DNA of 64,000 nucleotides from an uncultured Spirochaetota bacterium (GTDB lineage Bacteria; Spirochaetota; Brevinematia; Brevinematales; JAOACQ01): the NCBI GenBank assembly GCA_963768055.1, contig CAVYGN010000001.1:1120001-1184000 (forward strand), read 5' to 3'. Of the stretch, positions 1 through 9,388 are shown in pieces. The translations under genes were made by a program, and so were the position numbers. Position 1 is the first letter of the stretch. Each line of letters opens with the position of its first letter. The notes under the pieces were generated by a model that was not told where the DNA came from, made no database searches, and worked only from the letters and a program-made list of their open reading frames with translations.

Positions 1-1086
1 GTAACTACCGGGGGCCAGCTGGCAATGTATAATAATATGGACGTATGGCTGACGCCCGTTGATTCGCCTTTTATAGAGTCGAACCTCACGCCTGACGCCA
101 AATCTAACCGTTCCACGCTTAATATCCAGTCTAACCTTGTTTTCATGGGCATGAACTCGAGCGGTTCCCAGATGGATATAAGAACTCCCGTAATAGGCAT
201 TATTAAATATAAAATTCTTAACAATTTCTGGGGAGGGGGCGCCAATGGAGGAGCAGGATACAGCATACTGGACCTGGAATCGTTCAGGGAATGCTTTGCA
301 TATAATACTGCAGAGAATACGATCACTAACATCACAGGTGAAAAAAAGAAAATATTCAGCTCGGATGACAACCTCGACACCCTTTTTTCAGGGGGAAGCA
401 TAGTTAAAAATGTTGAAACCGGGAATGCCGCTTATAAAATCGGGAGCCTTAAAAGGACTGAAAAACCGGCGGCTGTGTCTAACATCAACGAAGAAGCGGG
501 AGTTTATAACCTTGTCTTCGTTAAATTAAAGCCCGGCTATAATCCGGATAAATACCTGGTGAAGCTTAACAGCGAATTGTCAAACGCGAACCTGGGCGTA
601 AAAGCCATAACATGGAAAAAAGCCGCGGGTATAATAGGAGATATGTCTTCGATTATGAAGATCATACTCTATGTGTTCGTGGGCATCCTCTTTTTTGTCG
701 CAGTGATAATTATTACAAACACCCTGTCGATGGCCGCGCTTGAGAGGACTTCGGAGATAGGGATGATGCGGGCGGTCGGGGCCGATAAAGATTTCGTATC
801 GGGCATGTTCCTTGGAGAAACCGCAATACTTTCCGGAATTTTCGGCGGATTCGGAATTTTATCCGGGGGTGTGATCGCGCGGATATTTGCCGGGCTTAAA
901 ATAAGCGGGGGGACAAACAGCGCGCTCGAGATACTTTTCGGCGGCGATGTCATGAACCCGATCCTTAATGGCTTTGACATTTTAGGGTGCATAATATTAC
1001 TTGTCATCGTAACTTTTCTGGCTTATCTCTACCCGAATATCGTAGCCAGAAACATCACGCCTCTCGAAGCGATCGCGAGAGACTAA
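1..1086 (+). CDS. ABC transporter permease, FtsX/LolE/MacB family (5'-truncated by window edge)
   Basis: Frame is open from base 1; C-terminal FtsX signature ITNTLSMAALERTSEIGMMRAVGA, TM helices, ends ITPLEAIARD. Confidence 0.88.
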   Translation, partial: VTTGGQLAMYNNMDVWLTPVDSPFIESNLTPDAKSNRSTLNIQSNLVFMGMNSSGSQMDIRTPVIGIIKYKILNNFWGGGANGGAGYSILDLESFRECFAYNTAENTITNITGEKKKIFSSDDNLDTLFSGGSIVKNVETGNAAYKIGSLKRTEKPAAVSNINEEAGVYNLVFVKLKPGYNPDKYLVKLNSELSNANLGVKAITWKKAAGIIGDMSSIMKIILYVFVGILFFVAVIIITNTLSMAALERTSEIGMMRAVGADKDFVSGMFLGETAILSGIFGGFGILSGGVIARIFAGLKISGGTNSALEILFGGDVMNPILNGFDILGCIILLVIVTFLAYLYPNIVARNITPLEAIARD

Positions 1087-1111
1087 AGGAAAATCCTGTA
1101 AGGAGAAAATT

Positions 1112-3001
1112 ATGGGTTTGCTTTTTAAAATAAGTTTCAGGAACCTGCTGAGGCAGAAAAGGAGAAATTTTTTCCTGGGCCTGGCTATTGCCGTCGGAAT
1201 GATGATCCTTGTAGCGACGAGCTCTTTCACAAAGGGCCTTACCGACGTTATATTAAATAAATGGCTGGTATATTCCTACGGCCATGTCAGCATCAACGGC
1301 TACGAGAACGGAAGCCGCCAGAATTCAGTTATAAGGGACAGGGACAGGATCGTAAGCATTATCAAGAGCGTCAAAGGCGTTCATGCGGTTAACAATTACC
1401 TTGCCGATTATACAAGGGTCGTCGGCAATGGAAAGTCGGGAATGCTTGCGCTTGTCGGGATGCCTACGAACGAGGGGCTGGCCTTTTTCAAGAATACCGT
1501 CCAGCAGGGGAACATTTACGATTTTACCAACCTTTCTATAGAAAACCCCGTCGTGATGACGGACCCAAGGTCAAAAGACTTTAATGTCAAAATTGGCGAC
1601 TTGATGAATGTCCGGCTGACCACTATAAACGGGCAGGTTCAGTCAGCCAGGTTGACCCTTGTAGCTACCCAGAAAGAATTAAATTCAGGGCAGGGCATGG
1701 CATTTTACATACCCCTCGATTTGATGAAGCAATTAAGGGGGTTCAGGCCCCAGGAAAGCGGGCCTTTACAGGTAGTCCTTGAAAGGATGGACGACCCCCA
1801 GGCGGCCCTTAAAGCAGCGGACAGGATCCATGAGCTGCTCAAGCCGAACCTGGCAGAATACTATGGAAATTTTTATTCCGGGAATTTTAATACCGGAGCA
1901 ACAGCGTTGACTTTCTATACAAATACCAATTCTCTGGAACTTATTGAAACCAGCCTGCCCATCTACAGGGGAAGCTGGCCTGCGGCGACCAATTCTAACA
2001 CCGTAGCTATAAGCTACACAGCGGCTGAAAAGCTTCATGCCGGTATCGGGGACGCTGTAACCGGGATTTATAAGAACAAGTTCGGGGGAAGCACAACAAA
2101 TTTATATAAGATAGCGGTGATATTCAAACCGGGGAAGGTCCTGGGCGAAAATGTTTTGCTTATCGGCGAAAACAATTTTTATTACTCTTATTTAAGAAAT
2201 CTGCCGGTCGATATTCAAAATTTCTCAGACGCTTACAAAACTTCTTCAAATAATATTCTCTCTTCAGCACTTGGAACTGAATGGAAACTCCTTCCGAGAA
2301 CATCAACAGCAGACGCTCTCCAGAAAAAGCTGAGGAAAGCCCTGAAGGATAACTTCGAGGGTTCATATTACGACGTGAGCACGATGTACGAGGCCGCGAG
2401 CTTTCTGATCGATATGCAGAGAGGCCTCGATATGATCTCGCTTATCGCTGTTATGATACTCTTTTTTGTCATCCTGATAGGGGTGCTTAATACTTTAAGG
2501 ATGACCATCAGGGAAAGGACCAGGGAGATCGGGACGATCAGGTCCATCGGCATGCAGAAGGAGGACGTAAAAATTTCGTTTATTATGGAAACTTTCTACC
2601 TTACCTTTTTAGGCTGTACCGCGGGCATAATCCTTTCAATAGGGCTTTTGTTCCTGCTCGGACTGGTGCCGATCGAAACCAGCAGCATGTTCGGGATGCT
2701 CCTGGTCAACAAGCATATTAATTTCGTGCTCTCGCTTGGAAAGCCCGCGATCATTTTTATGCTCTTAGTTATTTTCGCGCTGGAAGTTTTAATAATAAGA
2801 TACGACAGGCACATTCCGGGATGGATTGTAAGCACATCGCTTGTCATTTTCGTGCTGATAGGCTTCTTTGTAAGCGGGTCGGGGAACGGGATACTTACCT
2901 TCCTTATCCTCATTTTGAACATGCTGATGGCCATAGCATATTTCCCCGCCAGGAGGGCGGCGAACATGGCAGCGGCGGCCGCGCTTCGCCAGTATGAATA
3001 A
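1112..3001 (+). CDS. ABC transporter permease, FtsX/LolE/MacB family
   Basis: N-terminal ISFRNLLRQKRRN plus TM1, large periplasmic domain, LNTLRMTIRERTREIGTIRSIG, C-terminal PARRAA; SD aggag upstream. Confidence 0.9.
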   Translation: MGLLFKISFRNLLRQKRRNFFLGLAIAVGMMILVATSSFTKGLTDVILNKWLVYSYGHVSINGYENGSRQNSVIRDRDRIVSIIKSVKGVHAVNNYLADYTRVVGNGKSGMLALVGMPTNEGLAFFKNTVQQGNIYDFTNLSIENPVVMTDPRSKDFNVKIGDLMNVRLTTINGQVQSARLTLVATQKELNSGQGMAFYIPLDLMKQLRGFRPQESGPLQVVLERMDDPQAALKAADRIHELLKPNLAEYYGNFYSGNFNTGATALTFYTNTNSLELIETSLPIYRGSWPAATNSNTVAISYTAAEKLHAGIGDAVTGIYKNKFGGSTTNLYKIAVIFKPGKVLGENVLLIGENNFYYSYLRNLPVDIQNFSDAYKTSSNNILSSALGTEWKLLPRTSTADALQKKLRKALKDNFEGSYYDVSTMYEAASFLIDMQRGLDMISLIAVMILFFVILIGVLNTLRMTIRERTREIGTIRSIGMQKEDVKISFIMETFYLTFLGCTAGIILSIGLLFLLGLVPIETSSMFGMLLVNKHINFVLSLGKPAIIFMLLVIFALEVLIIRYDRHIPGWIVSTSLVIFVLIGFFVSGSGNGILTFLILILNMLMAIAYFPARRAANMAAAAALRQYE

Positions 3002-3027
3002 ATTTAATGCATTTAAGGAGAATAAAG

Positions 3028-3798
3028 ATGTTTAGAAAAATTATTATAATTACGGCGGTTTTTACAATATTTGCCGTCATGAATATGTGGTCCCTGCCAA
3101 CCGGACCCCAAATCCTCAAGAAAATGGACGATATGCAGGACCAGCGTACTGACGTGACCTGCAAGGTCGATATCACACAGCAGAGGGTGGGACAGGGGAT
3201 AAAGGCCCTGCAATGGATCTATTACAGGAAGGATAAAACGGATTCACTGCTTATAATCCAGACAGGCCCCGAGTCCGAAAAGGGAAGGGGATACCTCCGG
3301 GTGGGCAATAATTTCTTCCTTTACCTGCCCAATACCCGCACCTTCCAGACAATAAACCGCGACGAATCTATCGGCGGTTCAGACGCCAGGGCTGGCGATT
3401 TTGAAAAGAGGAAGTTTTCAGAATTATACAGGGTCGAAACTAACGCCCAGGGCAAAGAATTGATAGAAGAGGTGAAATTGGGTAAGGTCGACGCTTATAT
3501 GGTGACCCTTGTAGGCATTGTTAACGATGTTACATATCCAAAGCAGATTTACTGGCTTGATAAGGACAATTATTTCCAGTATAAGATCCAGAGCTTTTCC
3601 CTTTCGGGGACTCTTATGCAGACCTCGTATTACCCAAAATGGACCGAGATTGAAGATAAATTCCTGCCCGTCCAGATGATCTTTATTGACGAGTTCGACA
3701 AGGGCAATAAATCGATAGTGGAATTGTCGGGGATATCGCTTGCAGGCCTTGACGATTCAATCTTCACCAAGGGGTATCTTGAAAATTTAAGCAAGTGA
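3028..3798 (+). CDS. Outer-membrane lipoprotein-sorting (LolA-like) periplasmic protein
   Basis: SD aaggag before ATG 3028; signal peptide; GPQILKKMD, EKGRGYL, LYLP, IGGSDARAGDF and terminal LDDSIFTKGYL pattern typical of this family. Confidence 0.8.
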   Translation: MFRKIIIITAVFTIFAVMNMWSLPTGPQILKKMDDMQDQRTDVTCKVDITQQRVGQGIKALQWIYYRKDKTDSLLIIQTGPESEKGRGYLRVGNNFFLYLPNTRTFQTINRDESIGGSDARAGDFEKRKFSELYRVETNAQGKELIEEVKLGKVDAYMVTLVGIVNDVTYPKQIYWLDKDNYFQYKIQSFSLSGTLMQTSYYPKWTEIEDKFLPVQMIFIDEFDKGNKSIVELSGISLAGLDDSIFTKGYLENLSK

Positions 3799-3828
3799 TC
3801 GTTCCGGGAATGCTGCCGACAATGACTC

Positions 3829-3895
3829 ACCGTAGTAAGATTTCTTACTACGGTCGACGCTGCGGTCGCACTTTGGCCGGAATGACAATCCGGCC
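3829..3895. repeat. Two intergenic inverted repeats (ACCGTAGTAAGA/TCTTACTACGGT and GGCCGGA/TCCGGCC)
   Basis: Perfect 12-bp and 7-bp stems read directly from the sequence. Confidence 0.7.
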
Positions 3896-3913
3896 GGATA
3901 ATCAGGAGGGTTT

Positions 3914-5290
3914 ATGATGTTTTACAGAATAATAATTTCTCTGATTTGCATTTTTTTTACAACCGGTATTATATTTCCCGATATTAGCGTGCCCGATGAG
4001 AACAGCCTCTTCCAGGGCGAAACCATGGTCGATACAAATAAGATAATATCGAACGCTTTAGTCTCTAACGCCAATCAGAAAAGCGTTTCACTTACAGGCC
4101 AGCTGCAGAGCATTACAGGCTATTCGATGACAAGCGGATTCCTTAAAGGCAGCACCAACGCCGACCAGAATCTGTGGCTTCCGGCGACTCAGGGCAATCT
4201 TTTCCTGGATATCAGGCTGACCCAGGGTATCAAGGCTTTTGCGGACATACAGGCCCAATATGCCACTACGGTAAATTCACTCGGCGCCCAGAGCAGCAGT
4301 TCAGGTTCAGGAACGCCTTCGATAGTCTCAACTGCTTCAAATACCACTACTCTCAGCCTGCAGGAATTATTCCTTGACGCCAATATCAATAACGCCATAT
4401 ATTTCAGGGCCGGCAAACAGGCTCTTCAATGGGGAGTCGGTAACTACTGGAGCCCCAGCGATCTTATAAATATCCAGAAACAGTCTTTCTATGCCATCTC
4501 AGGCTATAACCAGTATATTGAAGGGACATACGGCTTAAAAGCCCTTGTTCCTTTCGGGACGTCTGCGAACCTTTACGGGTTTGTCAATATGAACGGGGCG
4601 AAAGATCCCCAGGATATGGCATTCGCCGGAAAGGCGGAGTTCCTGATAAACCCCGTAGAATTTGCAGGGGCAATCTGGGCCAAGAACAACTACCACCCGG
4701 TTTACGCACTGGATGTCACGACGAGGCTTTTCAACTCTATCGATTTCAGAGGGGAGGCCAGTTTCGCGGATTACGACTTTAATCCTCAATATTCAACTAC
4801 CAATAATATAACATATGTATACGGCCAGCAATACTATGTTTCTAATATGATCACAAACCAGTTTGTCTGCAAGGTCTCGGTGGGTTTTACAAAGACATTC
4901 GACTGGGATATCCCTCAGAGGATCTCAATAACCCTTGAATTCTACTATAAATCTGACGGGTACACTCAGAATTATTTTACCAACCAGGCGTACCGGCAGA
5001 CAATCTCTACCATGCCTGACGCCTATACGATGAGCGATTATTATGCGTACAACTGGGCCCTCATTTCTTCGTTTGCAGAGTTTCTCGACCAGAATGTTAC
5101 GCTTTCTCTTAACGCGATAGGAAATTTCGTGGATTATTCATTTTTAATAGGCCCTACAATCAGCTGGAACCCGGTCTATGATTTTACGATCAATTTCTCG
5201 GTATTCGGGTACATCGGGGACCAGAACACTGAATATACTTATAACAACAACGGCATGACCGTATATTTGACCGGATCCATCATATTTTAA
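3914..5290 (+). CDS. Putative outer-membrane beta-barrel protein of the ABC/LolA-like operon
   Basis: Signal peptide; LQELFLD...FRAGKQALQWGVG...SPSDLIN motif; aromatic amphipathic strands; C-terminal Phe; SD ggagg. Confidence 0.7.
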   Translation: MMFYRIIISLICIFFTTGIIFPDISVPDENSLFQGETMVDTNKIISNALVSNANQKSVSLTGQLQSITGYSMTSGFLKGSTNADQNLWLPATQGNLFLDIRLTQGIKAFADIQAQYATTVNSLGAQSSSSGSGTPSIVSTASNTTTLSLQELFLDANINNAIYFRAGKQALQWGVGNYWSPSDLINIQKQSFYAISGYNQYIEGTYGLKALVPFGTSANLYGFVNMNGAKDPQDMAFAGKAEFLINPVEFAGAIWAKNNYHPVYALDVTTRLFNSIDFRGEASFADYDFNPQYSTTNNITYVYGQQYYVSNMITNQFVCKVSVGFTKTFDWDIPQRISITLEFYYKSDGYTQNYFTNQAYRQTISTMPDAYTMSDYYAYNWALISSFAEFLDQNVTLSLNAIGNFVDYSFLIGPTISWNPVYDFTINFSVFGYIGDQNTEYTYNNNGMTVYLTGSIIF

Positions 5291-5341
5291 GGGTTTATCG
5301 GTTTAAAGACCAAAAAAGCTACCGGTATCAAAAGAGCTAAC

Positions 5342-5370
5342 TTGACTTTTTTTATAATGATACTTAAATT
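5342..5370 (+). promoter_or_regulatory. Putative sigma70 promoter of grpE-dnaK-dnaJ
   Basis: TTGACT-N17-TAAATT upstream of grpE. Confidence 0.5.
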
Positions 5371-5412
5371 TATGTCACAAATTTTATTTTATTTTTTACA
5401 GGAGTTTATACA

Positions 5413-6030
5413 ATGAGCGACCAGGCAGAAAATAAAAATGATGAAGTATTGGATAAAGAACAGGATAAAACAGAACCTAAACAAGGGGCCGGGGAAACCC
5501 GCCCCGGTCATAAAGAATCGGCCGAAATCAAACTTTTAAAAGGGGAGATAGAACAGATTAAACAGGAATCCTCCCGTTTAAAAGAGGAAAATGCAGCGCT
5601 TGACGATTCCTACCGCAGAAAAGTCGCTGAATTCGACAATTACCGCAAGAGGATGATTAAACAGATGGAAGATACCGCGGTTGAATCTACTAGAAAATTT
5701 TTAACAGAGATTTTACCCATTTTCGATAATTTCGGAAGGGCCTTGAAAAGTTCCGAGAAATCAAAGGATTTCGAACAGCTCTATAACGGTTTGTGCGTTA
5801 CAAACAAGGGTATTCTTCATTTTTTCGACCGGATAGGCGTAAAACCTATGGAACCGCTCGGTCAGGAATTCAACCCGAATCTGCATGAGGCGGTTTTAAT
5901 GGAAGAAAGGGAGGATGTTCCCTTTGAAAAAACCGTAGTCGATGAACTGGAAAAGGGGTATATGCTCGGGGATGCGGTCATAAGGCACAGCAAAGTCAAG
6001 GTAGCGAAGAAAAAGCAAAAGATAACATGA
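5413..6030 (+). CDS. grpE: Nucleotide exchange factor GrpE
   Basis: [35 protein letters not shown]; upstream of dnaK. Confidence 0.97.
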   Translation: MSDQAENKNDEVLDKEQDKTEPKQGAGETRPGHKESAEIKLLKGEIEQIKQESSRLKEENAALDDSYRRKVAEFDNYRKRMIKQMEDTAVESTRKFLTEILPIFDNFGRALKSSEKSKDFEQLYNGLCVTNKGILHFFDRIGVKPMEPLGQEFNPNLHEAVLMEEREDVPFEKTVVDELEKGYMLGDAVIRHSKVKVAKKKQKIT

Positions 6031-6040
6031 GGAGATAGAT

Positions 6041-7990
6041 ATGCCTGGAAAAATAATAGGAATCGATCTGGGAACAACAAATTCCGTTGTTTCAATCGTG
6101 GAAAACGGTCAGCCTGTCGTAATACCCAACCAGGAAGGTTCACGGACGACGCCGTCCATCGTCGCTTTTACAGACAAGGGTGAGGTCGTTGTCGGACAAC
6201 CCGCGAAGAACCAGATGATAACAAATCATGACAATACTATTTATTCCGCTAAACGTTTTATTGGAAGACGGATTGAGGAAACGGAAAAAGAGATCAAGAT
6301 GGCCGCCTTTAAAGTAAAATCCGGCCCCCACAACGATGTCAGGTTTAGTACAAGAGCAGGAGATTTCAGCCCTCAGGAAATTTCAGCCCGCGTGCTGATG
6401 AAATTGAAACAAGCCGCAGAGGATTACCTTGGCGAAAAACTTGAAAGGGCGGTAATAACCGTACCCGCCTATTTTAACGATTCCCAGAGGCAGGCGACCA
6501 AGGATGCGGGTACAATAGCAGGCCTTAAGGTCGAACGTATCATCAATGAACCGACAGCCGCTGCCCTTGCCTACGGCCTTGACAAAAAAAAGGAAGGCAT
6601 TGTCGCTGTTTATGATTTCGGAGGCGGGACTTTCGATATTTCAATTCTCGAGATAGGCGACGGCGTTTTCGAGGTAAAAGCGACAAACGGAGATACGCAT
6701 CTGGGGGGAGACGATGTCGATCATGCCGTCATGGAGTATATGATCCAGGAGTTCAGGAAAGACACCGGTGTTGACCTTTCAAAGGACCCGATGGCCATTC
6801 AGAGGCTCAAGGATTCCGCTGAAAAGGCTAAAATCGAGCTTTCTTCAAAAATGGAGACCCAGGTAAACCTTCCATATATAACAGCCGATGCGAGCGGCCC
6901 GAAACACCTTCAGTTGAATCTGACAAGAAGCCAGCTTGAAAATATAGCAAGGTCGTTCATTGAAAGATCGATTCAGCCATGTCTGAATGTATTACGGGAT
7001 GCTAACCTTACAAAAGAAAAAATAGACGAGGTGATCCTTGTCGGCGGCATGACGAGAATGCCATTAATCGTACAAACCGTCAAAAATATTTTCGATAAAG
7101 AGCCGTCGAAGGGTGTAAACCCCGACGAGGTTGTGGCTGTAGGCGCCGCTATCCAGGGGGCTGTATTAACAGGGGATATGAAGGACCTTCTCCTGCTTGA
7201 CGTTACCCCTCTTTCTCTGGGCATTGAGACTCTAGGGGGCGTTTCCACGGTATTGATCCCAAGAAACACCACTATTCCTACCAAGAAGTCTCAGATATTC
7301 TCCACAGCGGAGGAAAATCAGACCGCTGTACAGATTCATGTACTTCAAGGCGAGCGCCCGATGGCAAGGGATAACAGGACCCTGGGAATGTTCATGCTGG
7401 AAGGGATACCGCCCGCTCCGCGAGGCATTCCCCAGATCGAGGTAACATTCGATATCGATGCCAACGGCATTCTTCATGTTTCGGCTAAGGATATGGGCAC
7501 GGGCAAAGAACAAAAGATAAGGATTGAATCATCGAGCGGTCTGAATGAAACGGAAATCAAAAGGATGCAGCAGGAGGCTGAGAAAAACGCCGAAGCGGAT
7601 AAGAAGGTTAAGGAACTTATCGAGTTAAAAAACCAGGCGGATAATCTCGCGTATTCAATAGAAAAGACAGTAAGGGAATACGGGGATAAGATCGACCCGA
7701 AGGATAAGGTCGAGGTTGAGGAGAAAGTCAAGAGTTTAAAAGAAGCAATAAAGGGAGATAATGAGGCAAAAATTAAATCGGAAATAGAAGAGCTTAATAA
7801 AATATCCCATAAAATCTCCGAACAATTATATAAAAATACGGCTTATAATCAACAGGGTCAAACCGGCCAGCCGGAACAGGGCCAAGCAGGGTCGAAAGAT
7901 GAAGAGCAAAAAGGCTCTTCGAAAGGCGATGAAAAGATCGTTGACGCTGAAGTAGTTGACGATAACAATGACGAAAAGAAAAAAGAATAA
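6041..7990 (+). CDS. dnaK: Chaperone DnaK (Hsp70)
   Basis: [54 protein letters not shown]. Confidence 0.99.
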   Translation: MPGKIIGIDLGTTNSVVSIVENGQPVVIPNQEGSRTTPSIVAFTDKGEVVVGQPAKNQMITNHDNTIYSAKRFIGRRIEETEKEIKMAAFKVKSGPHNDVRFSTRAGDFSPQEISARVLMKLKQAAEDYLGEKLERAVITVPAYFNDSQRQATKDAGTIAGLKVERIINEPTAAALAYGLDKKKEGIVAVYDFGGGTFDISILEIGDGVFEVKATNGDTHLGGDDVDHAVMEYMIQEFRKDTGVDLSKDPMAIQRLKDSAEKAKIELSSKMETQVNLPYITADASGPKHLQLNLTRSQLENIARSFIERSIQPCLNVLRDANLTKEKIDEVILVGGMTRMPLIVQTVKNIFDKEPSKGVNPDEVVAVGAAIQGAVLTGDMKDLLLLDVTPLSLGIETLGGVSTVLIPRNTTIPTKKSQIFSTAEENQTAVQIHVLQGERPMARDNRTLGMFMLEGIPPAPRGIPQIEVTFDIDANGILHVSAKDMGTGKEQKIRIESSSGLNETEIKRMQQEAEKNAEADKKVKELIELKNQADNLAYSIEKTVREYGDKIDPKDKVEVEEKVKSLKEAIKGDNEAKIKSEIEELNKISHKISEQLYKNTAYNQQGQTGQPEQGQAGSKDEEQKGSSKGDEKIVDAEVVDDNNDEKKKE

Positions 7991-8200
7991 AGGGTGGTTC
8001 TAAAAACTGGATTTTTAGAAAACAAACGTAATAATGAATCTAATAATTCCGCCCTATGGGCCCTGGTGCCTGGCCTGGTGCCAGTCCCCAGGACAGGTGC
8101 ATTTATACTTGCGTATAAACGCAAGTACCCAAAGGGCTTGTCCCCGTAAGGGGGGCAGTTATTATAAGTGCCCTAAAAATAGTTATTGAATAATTTATGA

Positions 8201-8268
8201 GGGGCTGTCCATTTGACCGGGCGGTTTAAAATAACCGCCCTAATTTAAATTAGGGACGGCCTTTTTTT
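8201..8268 (+). terminator. Nested stem-loop with T tract between dnaK and dnaJ (putative terminator or attenuator)
   Basis: GGGCGGTT/AACCGCCC and CCCTAATT/AATTAGGG stems inside GGCTGTCC...GGACGGCC, followed by T7. Confidence 0.5.
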
Positions 8269-8284
8269 AATTTTGAGGTTATAA

Positions 8285-9370
8285 ATGGCAACCAATAAGG
8301 ATTATTACGAAATCTTGGGTGTACCGAGAAGCTCTTCCGACGATGAAATAAAAAAGGCTTTCAGGCAGCTGGCCATGAAATATCATCCGGACAGGAACCC
8401 GGGCGATAAAGTGGCTGAGGATAAATTTAAGGAAATAAACGATGCCTATGAAGTATTGTCTAATCCTGAAAAAAGGCGGATGTATGACCAATTCGGACAT
8501 TCTGCGTTCAGCCAGGGCATGGGTGGCCAGGGGCAAAGCACGTCCTTCGATTTTGACGATATTTTCGGGGGTACCGGTTTCGAAGATATATTCAACACGT
8601 TTTTCGGAGGAGGAACTTCAAGAAAGTCCCGTTCTAAAACCTCTACCAGGGGTTCGGATATCAGGGCAGACATTACTCTCGACCTCTCCGACGTATTGAC
8701 AGACAAAAGCCTGAAAATAAAAGTCAGGAGGAACGACTCCTGCGAAGTATGCCATGGAACCGGCAGCCGTAGCGGCAGCAAGTCCGGGACATGCCCGACC
8801 TGCGGGGGAAGGGGGACTGTAAGGACGACACAAGGATTTTTCAGTATTTCCACAACTTGTCCTGCATGCCATGGAGCGGGAACCGTAATTTCCGACCCTT
8901 GCCAGAACTGCCGGGGGTCCGGAATATTAGAAAAAGATTCGTTTATCAATGTGAAGATACCGGCGGGCGTTGACGACGGCGTAAGGCTTAGGGTTTCGGA
9001 CGAGGGCGACGCCGGAAGGAACGGAGGAACGAGGGGTGATCTTTACGTTCTGATTCATATCAAAAATGACACGATTTTTGAACGAAGAGGTACGGACCTT
9101 TACGGTAAACTTAAGATAAGTTTCCCGAGGGCAGTTTTCGGCGGACAGATAGAGGTAGACTCTTTAGAGGGAAAGAAGAAAGTGAATTTACCATCAGGGG
9201 TCCAGTCCGGCCACCAGATAAGGCTTAAAAACGAGGGAATTCCCGATATCAGGTCAAAGGTCAGGGGGGATATCTATTACGAGGTGAATATCGATGTTCC
9301 TAAAAGTTTGAAACAGAAAGAAAAAGATATTCTCAGGGAATACGGCCGCCTGACAGGTGATAATATTTGA
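8285..9370 (+). CDS. dnaJ: Chaperone DnaJ
   Basis: J domain with HPD, G/F-rich region, four CxxCxGxG zinc repeats. Confidence 0.98.
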   Translation: MATNKDYYEILGVPRSSSDDEIKKAFRQLAMKYHPDRNPGDKVAEDKFKEINDAYEVLSNPEKRRMYDQFGHSAFSQGMGGQGQSTSFDFDDIFGGTGFEDIFNTFFGGGTSRKSRSKTSTRGSDIRADITLDLSDVLTDKSLKIKVRRNDSCEVCHGTGSRSGSKSGTCPTCGGRGTVRTTQGFFSISTTCPACHGAGTVISDPCQNCRGSGILEKDSFINVKIPAGVDDGVRLRVSDEGDAGRNGGTRGDLYVLIHIKNDTIFERRGTDLYGKLKISFPRAVFGGQIEVDSLEGKKKVNLPSGVQSGHQIRLKNEGIPDIRSKVRGDIYYEVNIDVPKSLKQKEKDILREYGRLTGDNI

Positions 9371-9388
9371 ATCAGCGTCCGAACATTA

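Noticed and set aside
5291..5412. CIRCE/HrcA operator upstream of grpE
   Set aside because: No TTAGCACTC-N9-GAGTGCTAA match and no hrcA in the window
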